Shown: one piece after another, positions 34,776 to 46,487 of the stretch
How positions within the stretch are numbered: position 1 is the stretch's first letter
Layout of the letters: every line of letters begins with the position of its first letter
NCBI RefSeq assembly: GCF_963921235.1
Contig: NC_086097.1
Location: 255,380,001 to 255,444,000 of the forward strand
Length of the DNA stretch: 64,000 nucleotides
DNA from: Mobula hypostoma
Taxonomy: Eukaryota
Direction of reading: 5' to 3'
Translations under genes and position numbers: made by a program
The notes under the pieces: model-generated
Told to the model about the DNA's origin: nothing
The model's input: only the letters and a program-made list of their open reading frames with translations
The model's database searches: none

Positions 34776-35142
34776 TGGTTAAGGGTGAGGGGAGAAAAGT
34801 TTAAAGGGAACATTAGGGGGGGCTTCTTCACACAGAGAGTGGTGGGAGTATGGAATGAGCTGCCAGACGAGGTGGTAAATGTGGGTTCTTTTTTAACGTT
34901 TAAGAATAAATTGGACAGATACATGGATGGGAGGTTTTTGGAGGGATATGGTCCTTGTGCAGGTCAGTGGGAATAGGCAGAAAATGGTTTGGCACAGCCA
35001 AGAAGGGCCAGAGGGCCTGTTTCTGTGCTGTAGTTTCTATGGTTCTAAAGATCTGAGTAATGGGTTCAACATGCAGGAAACAGCGCACTCTAACACTTTC
35101 ACCATCATTTTGGAGGATTTTAACCACGCCAGTCTGAAAAAA

Positions 35143-35203
35143 TAGTCATAGTCATAGTCATAATCATAGTCATACTTTATTGATCCCGGGGGAAATTGGT
35201 TTC
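35143..35203 (-). mobile_element. Very short 3' end of a Rex1/Babar family with (ATGACT)n tail
   Basis: Reverse complement of the end seen at 39585-39628; inserted in an A-run. Confidence 0.85.
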
Positions 35204-35962
35204 CTGGGGGAAAAAAATCACCAAGCAAATACCATCAACAGATCACTTGCAATACCAGAGGAAACAACACACTGGACCATTGCTACACCACCATCAAGAA
35301 TGCCTACCATGCTATTCTACGCCCTCACTTCGGGAAGTCTGATCACCTGGCTGTACTTCTACTCCCTGAGTATAGGCAGAGACTGAAGACTGCAGCACCA
35401 GTAGTGAGGACCAAGAAGGTGTGGACAAGGGAAGCACAGGAACACCTACAGGACTGCTTTGAATTGGTGGACTGGACAGTATTTAGCAATTCATCTTTGA
35501 ACTGGATGAGTTTGCTGCAGTTGCTACTGACATCATTAAAACCTGTACGCATGAGTGTGTGCCTACAAAGACTTACGTACATTCCCAAACCAAAAGCCAT
35601 GGATGAACCAAGAGGTACATCGTCTGCTGAAGGCTAGATCTGTGGCATTCAAGTCTGGCGACCCAGGCCTGTACCAGAAAACCAGGAATGATCTGCAGAG
35701 GGATATTTCAAGGGCGAAGAGACAATTTCAAACGAGTTTGGAGGCAATATCGGATGTACGGCCACTCTGGCAGGGTCTGCAAGACATTACTTCCTACAAA
35801 GCGAAACCCAATAGCATGAATGGCAGCGATGCTACCCTACCAGATGAACTCAACACCTTCTATGCCCGCGTTGAAAGGAAAAACAGGACTACAGCTGTGA
35901 GGATCCCTACTGCACCTGATGACCCTGTGATCTCCATCTCAGAGCCCGATGTTAGGCTGTCT

Positions 35963-37040
35963 TGAAAAACAGACCAGAGGGGATGTACCCCAGGCTACTG
36001 TGGAAAGCGAGGGAGGAGATTGTTGAGCCTCTGGCAATGATCCTTGCATCATCAATGAGGATGGGAGCGGTTCCAGAGGATTGGAGGGTTGCAGATGTTG
36101 TTCCTTTATACAAGAAAGAGAGTAGGGAGAGCCCAGGAAATTATAGGCCAGTGAGTCTTATTTCAGTGGTTGGTAAGTTGATGGAGAAGATCCTGAGAGG
36201 CAGGAGTTATGAACATTTGGAGAGGCATAATACGATTAGGTATAGTCAGCATGGCTTTCTCAAAGGCAGGTCATGCCTTACGAACCTGATTGAATTTTTT
36301 GAGGATGTGACTAAGCACATTGATGAAGGTCGAGCCGTAGATGTAGTGTATATGGATTTCAGCAAGGCATTTGATAAGGTACCCCATGCAAGGCTTATTG
36401 AGAATGTAAGGAGGCATGGGATCTAAGGGGACATAGCTTTGTGGATCCAGAACTGACTTGCTCACAGAAGGCAAAGAGTGGTTGTAGATGGGTCATATTC
36501 TGCATGGAGGTCGGTGACCAGTGGTGCGCCTCAGGGATCTGTTCTGGGATCCTTACTCTTCGTGATTCTTATAAATGACCTGGATGAGGAAGTGGAGGGA
36601 TGGGTTAGTAAATTTTCTGATAACACAAAGGTTGGGGATGTTGTGGATAGTGTGGAGGGCTGTCAGTGGTTACAACGGGACATTGATAGGATGCAAAATT
36701 GGGCTGAGAAGTGGCAATGGAGTTCAACCCAGATAAGTGTGAGGTGGTTCATTTTGGTAGGTCAAATATGGTAGCAGAATATAGTTTTAATGGTAAGACT
36801 CTTGGCAGCGTGGAGGATCAGAGGGATCTTGGGGTCCGAGTCCATAGACACTCAAAAGCTGCTGTGCAGGTTGACTCTGTGGTTAAGAAGGTGTACGGTG
36901 CATTGGCCTTCATCAATCGTGGGATTGAGTTTGAGAGCTGAGAGGTAATGTTGCAGCTATATAGGACCCTGGTCAAACCCCACTTGGAGTACTCTGCTCA
37001 ATTCTGGTTGCCTCACTATAGAAAGGATGTGGAAACCATA
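35963..37040 (+). mobile_element. CR1-B RT fragment
   Basis: ORFs 35962-36426, 36478-36774, 36711-36941. Confidence 0.9.
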
Positions 37041-37249
37041 GATCGTTTCGCTGAACACCTACACTCTGTCTGCTAGAGAAAGCAGGATCTCCCAGTGGCC
37101 ACACATTTTAATTCCATGTCCCATTCCCATTCTGATATGTCTATCCACGGCCTCCTTTACTGTAAAGATGAAGCCACACTCAGGTTGGAGGAAGAGCACC
37201 TTATATTCCGTCTGGTAGCCTCCAACCTGATGGCATGAATATTGACTTG
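37041..37249 (+). mobile_element. PLE GIY-YIG C-terminal fragment
   Basis: DRFAEHLHSVC*RKQDLPVATHFNSMSHSHSDMSIHGLLYCKDEATLRLEEEHLIFRL..LQPDGMNID; homologous to 3-236. Confidence 0.85.
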
Positions 37250-37490
37250 CCAACTTGTGGAATGGTGTCACAGCAACAGCCTGGCACTCAAGGTCAATAA
37301 GATGAAAGAGCTGATTGAGGACTGCAGGAAGGGTAAGAGGAAGGAACACCTACCAATCGTCATTGAGGGATCAGAAGTGGAGAGAGTGAGCAGTTTCAAG
37401 TTCCTGGGTGTCAAGATCTCTGAGGACCTAACCTGGTCCCAACATATTGATGCAGCAAAAAGAAGCCAAGATATTGGCTATACTTCATTA
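37250..37490 (+). mobile_element. Rex1/Babar RT fragment
   Basis: LVEWCHSNSLALKVNKMKELI...FKFLGVKISEDLTWS. Confidence 0.85.
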
Positions 37491-37494
37491 TACA

Positions 37495-38040
37495 GGGCCA
37501 ATTAGCGGCATCAACAGAGCTCTACGAAGTGGTGTTTCTCACAGTTAGGCAGTGGTTATTTAAAAAGAGAGCTTCACGGTGTTTGTTCATTCTACGGGGC
37601 CTATCAGTGGCGTCAACTAAGCTCTACGAACTAAATAAAAGTACAGAAGTGATAGGCGGTGCAGCCATTGTCGGGTGGCCATTGGCAGGAGTAGAAGCAA
37701 CAGACTTTGGCTCAAAGGAGACTTCAGCTTGGAAGAGGCATCGGCTCTGTGTAAAGTATCTGTTAAAGTTTCCTTTTGTTTTTTTTCCCCTCTCTTACTG
37801 TACCATTTACATGGCTGTGGTGTGTTCTTCATGCCAGATGTTGGAGAACTGGGAGTCTCCCGGGGAACTATATCTGTGTGAAGTGTATCTGGTTGCATCT
37901 CCTTGAAGACCGTGTTAGGGATCTGGAGCAGCAACTGCATGACCTTTGACTTGTACGGGAGAGTGAGGAGGTAATTGATCAAAGTTACAGGGAAGTAGTC
38001 ACCCTGAAGTTGCAGGAGGTGAGTAGCTAGATGACTGCTG
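37495..38040 (+). mobile_element. CR1 5' UTR and ORF1 N-terminus (zinc finger/leucine zipper remnant)
   Basis: MAVVCSSCQM...CVKC..LHLLEDRVRDLEQQLHDL (frameshifted). Confidence 0.7.
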
Positions 38041-38597
38041 GAAAATGAGATAGGAGAAATAGTAACAGGGGACAAAGAGATGGCTGATTAACTAAATGAG
38101 TGTTTTGCATCAGTCTTCACTGTGGAAGACACTAGCAGTATGCCTGATGTTGTAGTGTGTGAAGGAAGGAGGCTAATTCTCTGGATGCTTTCAAGAAAGA
38201 GTTAGATAGAGCTCTTAATGATAGTGGAGTCAAGGGATATGGGGAGAAGGCAGGAACGTGGTACTGATTGTGGATAATCAGCCATGATCACAGTGAATGG
38301 TGGTGCTGGCTCAAAGGGCTGAATGGCCTACTCCTGCACCTATTGTCTATTGAAGAGAAGTGGGTGCAGTTACTATTATAAGAGGAAAGGTGCTCAAAAA
38401 ACTGAAAGACCTAAAGGTACATAAGTCATCCAGACCAGATGAACTGCACCATAGGGTTCTGAAAGAGGTAGTATTAGAGATTGTGGTGGCATTAGAAATG
38501 ATCTTTCAAACATCATTGGACTCAGGCATGGTGCCAAAGGACTGGAAAATTGCAAATGTCACTTCACTCTTTAAGAAAGGAGGAAGGCAGCAAAAAG
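38041..38597 (+). mobile_element. CR1 ORF2 fragment with a CR1-G 3' end (38170-38352) inserted
   Basis: FASVFTVED, HRVLKEV, DWKIANVT; GAAG flanks the insert. Confidence 0.8.
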
Positions 38598-38639
38598 TAG
38601 TAGAAGTACTTGGCAGTACACTGGCAGACCACAGTACGT

Positions 38640-39628
38640 GTGCTTGCAACTCTGTGTGTCCGACAGAGTGATCAGCAGCACTGGGGCTCCACAGGGGACT
38701 GTCTTGTCTCCCTTTCTCTTCACCATTTACACCTTGGACTTCAACTACTGCACAGAGTCTTGTCATCTTAAGAAGTTTTCTGATGACTCTGCCATAGTTG
38801 TATGTATCAGCAAGGGGGATGAGGCTGAGTACAGGGCTACGGTAGGAAACTTTTTCACATGGTGTGAGCAGAATTATCTGCAGCTTAATGTGAAAAAGAC
38901 TAAGGAGCTGGTGGTAGACCCGAGGAGAGCTAAGGTACCGGTGACCCCTGTTTCCATCCAGGTGGTCACTGTGGACATGGTGGATGATTACAAATACCTG
39001 GGGATACGAATTGACAATAAACTGGACTGGTCTAAGAACACTGAGACTGTCTACAAGAAGGATCAGAGCCGCCTCTATTTCCTGAGGAGAATGAGGTCCT
39101 TTACCATCTGCCGGACGATGCTGAGGATGTTCTACGAGTCTGTGGTGGCCAGTGCTATCGTGTTTGCTGTTGTGTGCTGGGGCAGCAGGCTGAGGGTGGC
39201 AAACACCAACAGAATCGACAAACTCATTCATAAGGCCAGTGATGTTGTGGGGATGGAACTGGACTCTCTGACGGTGGTGTCTGAAAGGAGGATGCTGTCC
39301 AAGTTGCATGCCATCTTGGACAATGTCTCCCATCCGTTGCATAATGTACTGGGTGGGCACAGGAGTACATTCAGCCAGAGACTCATTCCACCGAGATGCA
39401 ACACAGAGCATCATAGGAAGTCATTCCTGCCTGTGGCCATCAAACTTACAACTCCTCCCTTGGAGGGTCAGACACCCTGAGCCAATAGGCTGGTCCTGGA
39501 CTTATTTCCTGGCATAATTTACATATTAATATTTAACTATTTATGGTTTTATTACTATTTATTATTTATGGTGCAACTGTAACGAAAACCAATTTCCCCC
39601 GGGATCAATAAAGTATGACTATGACTAT
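38640..39628 (+). mobile_element. Rex1/Babar LINE 3' part, (ATGACT)n tail
   Basis: 280-aa ORF 38638-39480: STGAPQGTVLSPFLFTIYT, KFSDDSAIV, YKYLG; the tail continues at 41522-41535 beyond a CR1-F insertion. Confidence 0.92.
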
Positions 39629-41524
39629 ACAAGAGAATACTTAAGAAAGAAATCAGCAGGGCTAAAAGAAGACATGAGGTTGCCTTGGCAGTCAAAGTGA
39701 AGGATAATCCAAACAGCTTTTACAGGTATATTAAGAGCAAAAGGATTGTAAGGAATAAAATTGGTCCTCTTGAAGATCAGAGTGGTCGGCTATGTGCGGA
39801 ACCAAAGGAAATGGGGGAGATCTTAAATAGGTTTTTTGCATCTGTATTTACTAAGGAAACTGGCATGAAGTCTATGGAATAAAGGGAAACAAGTAGTGAG
39901 ATCATGGAAACTGTACAGATCGAAAAGGAGGAGGTGCTTGCTGTCTTGAGGAAAATTAAAGTGGATAAATTCCCGGGACCTAACAGGGTGTTCCCTGGGA
40001 CCTTGAAGGAGACTAGTGTTGAAATTGCAGGGGCCCTGGCAGAAATATTTAAAATGTCGCTGTTTACAGGTGAGGTGCCAGAGGATTGGAGAGTGGCTCA
40101 TGTTGTTCCGTTGTTTAAAAAAGGATCGAAAAGTAAGCAGGGAAATTATAGGCCAGTAAATTTGACGTTGGTAGTAGGTAAGTTATTGGAGGGTGTACTA
40201 AGAGACAGAATCTACAAGCATTTGGATAGACAGGGGCTTATTAGGGAGAGTCAACATGGCTTTGTGCGTGGTAGGTCATGTTTGACCAATCTATTGGAGT
40301 TTTTCGAGGAGGTTACCAGGAAAGTGGATGAAGGGAAGGCAGTCGATATTGTCTACATGGACTTCAGTAAGGTCCCGCATGGGAGGTTAGGAAAATTCAG
40401 TCACTAGGTATACATGGAGAGGTGGTAAATTGGATTAGACATTGGCTCAATGGAAGAAGCCAAAGAGTGGTAGTAAAGAATTGCTTCTCTGAGTGGAGGC
40501 CTGTGACTAGTGGTGTGCCACAGGGATCAGTGCTGGGTCCATTGTTATTTGTCATCTATATCAATGATCTGGATGATCATGTGGTAAATTGGATCAGCAA
40601 ATTTGCTGATGATACAAAGATTGGAGGTATAGTAGACAGTGAGGAAGGTTTTCGGAGCCTACAGAGGGACTTGGACCAGCTGGAAAAATGGGCTGAAAAA
40701 TGGCAGATGGAGTTTAATACTGACAAATGTGAGGTATTGCATGTTGGAAGGACAAACCAAGGTAGAATATACAGGGTTAATGGTAAGGCACTGAGCAGTG
40801 CAGTGGAACAGAGGGATCTGGGAATACAGATACAAAATTCCCTAAAAGTGGATTCACAGGTAGATAGAGTCCTAAAGAGAGCTTTTGGTACATTGGCCTT
40901 TATTAATCAAAGTATTGAGTATAAGAGCTGGAATGTTATGATGAGGATGTGTAAGGCATTGGTGAGGCCGAATCTGGAGTATTGTGTTCAGTTTTGGTCA
41001 CCAAATTACAGGAAGGATATAAATAAGTTTGAAAGAGTGCAGAGAAAGTTTACAGGGATGTTGCTGGGACTTGAGAAACTCAGTTACAGAGAAAGGTTGA
41101 ATAGGTTAGGACTTTATTCCCTGGAGCATAGAAGAATGAGGGGAGATTTGATAGAGGTATATAAAATTATGATGGGTATAGATAGAATGAATGCAAGCAG
41201 GCTTTTTCCACTGAGGCAAGGGGAGAAAGAAACCAGAGGACATGGGTTAAGGGTGAGGGGGGAAAAGTTTAAAGGGAACATTAGGGAGGGCTTCTTCACA
41301 CAGAGAGTGGTGGGAATATGGAATGAGCTGCCAGATGAGGTGGTAAATGCGGGTTCTTTTTTAATATTTAAGAATAAATTGGACAGATACATGGATGGGA
41401 GGTGTATGGAGGGATATGGTCCGTGTGCAGGTCAGTGAGACTAGGCAGAAAATGGTTCGGCACAGCCAAGAAGGGCCAAAAGGCCTGTTTCTGTGCTGTA
41501 GTTTCTATGGTTCTATGGTTCTAT
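39629..41524 (+). mobile_element. CR1-F 5'-truncated copy
   Basis: ORFs 39685-41438; tail 41500-41524. Confidence 0.93.
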
Positions 41525-41539
41525 GACTATGACTAAGTA

Positions 41540-41840
41540 AATGTGCGGATTATTTTCGAAATGAGGAGAAAATCCAAAAGTCTGAGATACAAAGAGACAC
41601 TGGTGAGTATTGTGAACAGTTTTGGGCTCCTCATGTTAGAAAAGATGTGCTGGCATTAGAGAGGGTCAGGAGGAGGTTCACAAGAATGATTCCAGGAATT
41701 AAAGGGGTATCATACAAGGAACGTTTGATGGCTCTGGGTCTGTACTTGCTTGAATTCAGAAGGATGAGGGGGGATCTCATTAAAACCTTTCGAATATTGA
41801 AAGGCCTAGACAGAGTAGATGTGGAAAGGATGTTTCCCAT
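41540..41840 (+). mobile_element. CR1-E fragment
   Basis: LERVRRRFTRMIPG, EFRRMRGDL. Confidence 0.8.
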
Positions 41841-42703
41841 GGGGGCTACTGAGGCCCAACGGACTAGTTTTGAGGTGATGATGGTGTTAAATGCTGATCT
41901 GTAATTGATAAAGAGCATCCTAATGTATGCATCATACATCATAACATGGGAAATAGGAGGAGTAGGCACTGGAGTATTCTCCTGGCTTGCTCCTGGTCTC
42001 AATTCCTCTTCCGTGTTAGCTCCTCACAGCCATCGTTGCTCAGCTCCAGCCTCTACTGTCCCAGTCAGGGGATGTGACTACATTTACAATCTATGATGCT
42101 GATTGAAGTCTCACATTGGCAGTTTCAGAATTTAGAATGGATTTTAATAATGTGTAGAAAGTGATGGTTCACTAATGACTTCTAGCAGAATCCTCGCCCA
42201 ACAATTGTGATGTTCCCTGTTCCATGTCAATGTTCCACGTCAGTGGATTTAAACTAGATACAAGGGGGGAGGGGAACCAGAGTGTAGGAACAGATGAAGG
42301 GGAGAAGGAAGAAAAAGGAGATAGTAGAGTTGTTTGCACGGTAGTAATAAACAGAGAGAAAGAGGTGGAAATTTCTTAAATGCATTTATTTTAATGCTAG
42401 GAGCATTGTAAGAAAGGTGGATGAGCATAGAGCATGGATTGATACCTGGAAGTATGATGTTGTAGGTATTAGTGAAACATGGTTGCAGGAGGGGTGTGAT
42501 TGGCAACTAAATATTCCTGATTTCATTGCTTCAGGTGTGATAGAATCAGAGAAACAAGAGGGGGAGGTGTTGCATTGCTTGTCAGAGAAAATATTACAGC
42601 AGTGCTCTGGCAGGATAGATTAGAGGGCTTGTCTAGGGAGGCTATTTGGGCGGAATTGAGGAATAGGAAAGGTGTAGTAACACTTATAGGGGTGTATTAT
42701 AGA

Positions 42704-43257
42704 GGTTGGGGTATATGGGGTGTCAGGGAGGGGTAGCACCTCTGGTGGGGGAACATGTCGCGTCCTTTTCAGGGCGGTTAGTCCCCCTTTGGTCCCCACC
42801 TGGCACTCAGCTCTCACCTGTGGCTCCCCGTAGCTGTATGCATGCGACAGCGGTCACACCCCGGGCAACGGCTTCGACAAGCCGGCTAAACCAGGTGAGG
42901 GTAGCCGACGGTGAGATAGGGAGTTGTCTATCCCAGCATGTGAAGACAGACTCCGGCGGATTGAGCAAACGAGACCAGCGGAAGGTCCAACGGTCAAGAA
43001 GGCGGTCTCTGCAAGAGTCGTGGAACGTGTAGAGCAGGACAAGATACAGAAGACATCCTGGTCATCCACTGCACCTAGTCCCATCTCCAGCCGTCTAGAC
43101 TCTGTCTTGCCACTGGACCCAGATGGGAATTGGGAAGACAGAGTGAGGCTGACACTGCGCAACTCTCCCTCACTTAAATCCAAATCACGCTCTAGTCTCG
43201 ACACCATCATTATGGTGTCGAGGTCCTCTTCGACGTCAACGATGGACGAACAACAAC
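42704..43257 (+). mobile_element. Short non-autonomous RTE-type retroelement, 554 bp, (CAA)n tail
   Basis: ATAGA duplicated at 42699-42703 and 43258-43262 inside the host GVYYRPP codons; ends GATGGACGAACAACAAC; the CCCTCACTTAAATCCAA...GGTCCTCTTCGA 3' region resembles RTE-derived SINEs (recognition, not searched). Confidence 0.75.
42717..42901 (+). ncRNA. Predicted HDV-like self-cleaving ribozyme
   Basis: P1 GGGGUGU(42717-23)/ACACCCC(42856-62); P2 CUCUCACCUG(42811-20)/CAGGUGAGGG(42892-901); P3 GGC/GUC; L3 begins UCC, pairing with GG 42863-64 (P1.1); P4 CGGCUU-cgac-AAGCCG; J4/2 GCUAA with the candidate catalytic C at 42886. Confidence 0.65.
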
Positions 43258-43691
43258 ATAGACCACCAAATGGGGAGTGAGAATTGGAGGAGCAAATTTG
43301 TAAGGAGATAACAGATATTTGTAGTAAGCACAAGGTTGTGATTGTTGGAGATTTTAATTTTCCGCACATAGACTGGGAAGCCCATACTGTAAAAGGGCTG
43401 GATGGTTTGGAGTCAGTAAAATGTGTGCAGGATAGTTTTTTGCAGCAGTACATAGAGGTACCAACTAGAGAAGGGGCAGTGTTGGATCTCCTGTTAGGGA
43501 ATGAGATAGGTCAGGTGACGGAGGTTTGTGTTGGGGAGCACTTCGGGTCCAGTGATCACAATGCCATTAGTTTCAATATAATTATGGAGAAGGTTAGGTC
43601 TGGACCCAGGGTTCAGATATTTGATTGGAGAAAGGCTAACTTTAAGGAGACGCGAAAGGATTTAGAAGGAGTGGATTGGGACAAACTGATT

Positions 43692-46487
43692 TATAGAAAC
43701 ATAGAAACATAGAAAATAGGTGCAGGAATTGGCCATTCGGCCCTTCGAGCCTGCACCGCCATTTATTATGATCATGGCTGATCATCCAACTCAGAACCCC
43801 GCCCCAGCCTTCCCCCCATACCCCCTGACCCCTGTAGCCACAAGGGCCATACCTAACTCCCTCTTAAACATAGCCAATGAACTGGCCTCAACAGTTTCCT
43901 GTGGCAGAGAATTCCACAGATTCACCACTCTCTGTGTGAAGAAGTTTTTCCTAATCTCGGTCCTAAAAGGCTTCCCCTCTATCCTCAAACTGTGACCCCT
44001 CGTTCTGGACTTCCTCAACATCGGGAACAATCTTCCTGCATCTAGCCTGTCCAATTCCTTTAGGATCTTATACGTTTCAATCAGATCCCCCCTCAATCTT
44101 CTAAATTCCAACGAGTACAAGCCCAGTTCATCCAGTCTTTCTTCATATGAAAGTCCTGCCATCCCAGGAATCAATCTAGTGAACCTTCTTTGTACTCCCT
44201 CTATGGCAAAGATGTCTTTCCTCAGATTAGGGGACCAAAACTGCACACAATACTCCAGGTGTGGTCTCACCAAGGCCTTGTACAACTGCAGTAGTACCTC
44301 CCTGCTCCTGTACTCGAATCCTCTCGCTATAAATGCCAGCATACCATTCGCCTTTTTCACCGCCTGCTGTACCTGCATGCCCACTTTCAATGACTGGTGT
44401 ATAATGACACCCAGGTCTCGTTGCACCTCCCCTTTTCCTAGTCAGCCACCATTCAGATAATAATCTGTTTTCCTATTTTTGCCACCAAAGTGGATAACTT
44501 CACATTTATCCACATTAAATTGCATCTGCCATGAGTTTGCCCACTCACCCAACCTATCCAAGTCACCCTGCATCCTCTTAGCATCCTCCTCACTGCTAAC
44601 ACTGCCGCCAAGCTTCGTGTCATCCGCAAACTTGGAGATGCTGCATTTAATTCCCTCATCCAAGTCATTAATATATATTGTAAACAACTGGGGTCCCAGC
44701 ACTGAGCCTTGCGGTACCCCACTAGTCACCGCCTGCCATTCTGAAAAGGTCCCGTTTATTCCCACTCTTTGCTTCCTGTCTGCTAACCAATTCTCCACCC
44801 ACACCAATACCTTACCCCCAATACCATGTGCTTTAAGTTTGCACACTAATCTCCTATGTGGGACCTTGTCAAAAGCCTTTTGAAAATCCAAATATACCAC
44901 ATCCACTGGTTCTCCCCTATCCACTCTACTAGTTACATCCTCAAAAAATTCTATGAGATTCGTCAGACATGATTTTCCTTTCACAAATCCATGCTGACTT
45001 TGTCCGATCATTTCTCCGCTTTCCAAATGTGCTGTTGTCACATCCTTGATAACTGACTCCAGCAGTTTCCCCACCACCGACGTTAGGCTAACCGGTCTAT
45101 AATTCCCCGGTTTCTCTCTCCCTCCTTTTTTAAAAATTGGGGTTACATTAGCCACCCTCCAATCCTCAGGAACTAGTCCAGAATCTAACGAGTTTTGAAA
45201 AATTATCACTAATGCATCCACTATTTCTTGGGCTACTTCCTTAAGCACTCTAGGATGCAGACCATCTGGCCCTGGGGATTTATCTGCCTTCAATCCCTTC
45301 AATTTACCTAACACCACTTCCCTACTAACATGTATTTCACTCAGTTCCTCCATCTCACTGGACCCTCTGTCCCTTACTATTTCTGGAAGATTATTTGTGT
45401 CCTCCTTAGTGAAGACAGAACCAAAGTAATTATTCAATTGGTCTGCCATGTCCTTGCTCCCCATAATCAATTCACCTGTTTCTGTCTGCAGGGGACCTAC
45501 ATTTGTCTTTACCAGTCTTTTCCTTTTTACATATCTATAAAAGCTTTTACAGTCCGTTTTTATGTTCTCTGCCAGTTTTCTCTCATAATCTTTTTTCCCC
45601 TTCCTAATTAAGCCCTTTGTCCTCCTCTGCTGAACTCTGAATTCCTCCCAGTCCTCAGGTGAGCCACTTTCTCTGGCTAATTTGTATGCTACTTCTTTGG
45701 AATTGATACTATCCCTAATTTCTCTTGTCAGCCACGGGTGCACTACCTTCCTTGATTTATTCTTTTGCCAAACTGGGATGAACAATTGTTGTAGTTCATC
45801 CATGCAACCTATAAATGCTTGCCATTGCATATCCACCGTCAATCCTTTAAGTGTCATTTGCCAGTCTATCTTAGCTAATTCACGTCTCATACCTTCAAAG
45901 TTCCCCTTCTTTAAGTTCAGAACCTTTGTTTCTGAATTAACTATGTCACTCTCCATATTAATGAAGAATTCCACCATATTATGGTCACTCTTACCCAAGG
46001 GGCCTCTCACGACAAGATCGCTAATTAACCCTTCCTCATTGCTCAAAACCCAGTCCAGAATAGCCTGCTCTCTAGTTGGTTCCTCGACATGTTGGTTCAA
46101 AAAACCATCCCGCATACATTCCAAGAAATCCTCTTCCTCAGCACCTTTACCAATTTGGTTCACCCAGTCTACATGTAGATTGAAGTCACCCATTATAACT
46201 GCTGTTCCTTTATTGCACACATTTCTAATTTCCTGTTTAATACCATCTCCGACCTCACTATTACTGTTAGGTGGCCTGTACACAACTCCCACCAGCGTCT
46301 TCTGCCCCTTAGTGTTACGCAGCTCTACCCATATCGATTCCACATCTTCCCGGCTTATGTCCTTCCTTTCTATTGCATTAATCTCTTCTTTAACCTGCAA
46401 CGCCACCCCACCTCCCCTTCCTTCATGTCTATCCCTCCTGAATATTGAATATCCCTGAACGTTGAGCTCCCATCCCTGGTCACCCTG
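43692..46487 (-). mobile_element. CR1-A, near-complete ORF2 with one premature stop
   Basis: ORFs 44442-46517 and 43791-44426 lie in the same frame, separated by TGA. Confidence 0.95.

Larger units (their letters stand above)
28406..35047 (+). mobile_element. CR1 subfamily F, open ORF2 28406-30983, 3' end 34776-35047
   Basis: Continuous APE+RT frame to ETRGHG, resuming as LRVRGEKFKGN at ~34778; (GGTTCTAT)-type tail. Confidence 0.93.
28046..35962 (+). mobile_element. Rex1/Babar LINE APE region (28046-28405 and 35048-35962), host of a nested CR1 stack
   Basis: CFTESWL, CRPFYLPREFS, VYIPPQA...ALDDL joins SNG.N.QET..DFNHA, FPNQKPWMN; GATCT is present on both sides of the insertion. Confidence 0.88.

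Noticed and set aside
35037..35228. YDYDYD-containing ORF
   Set aside because: Translation of the (ATGACT)n LINE tail.
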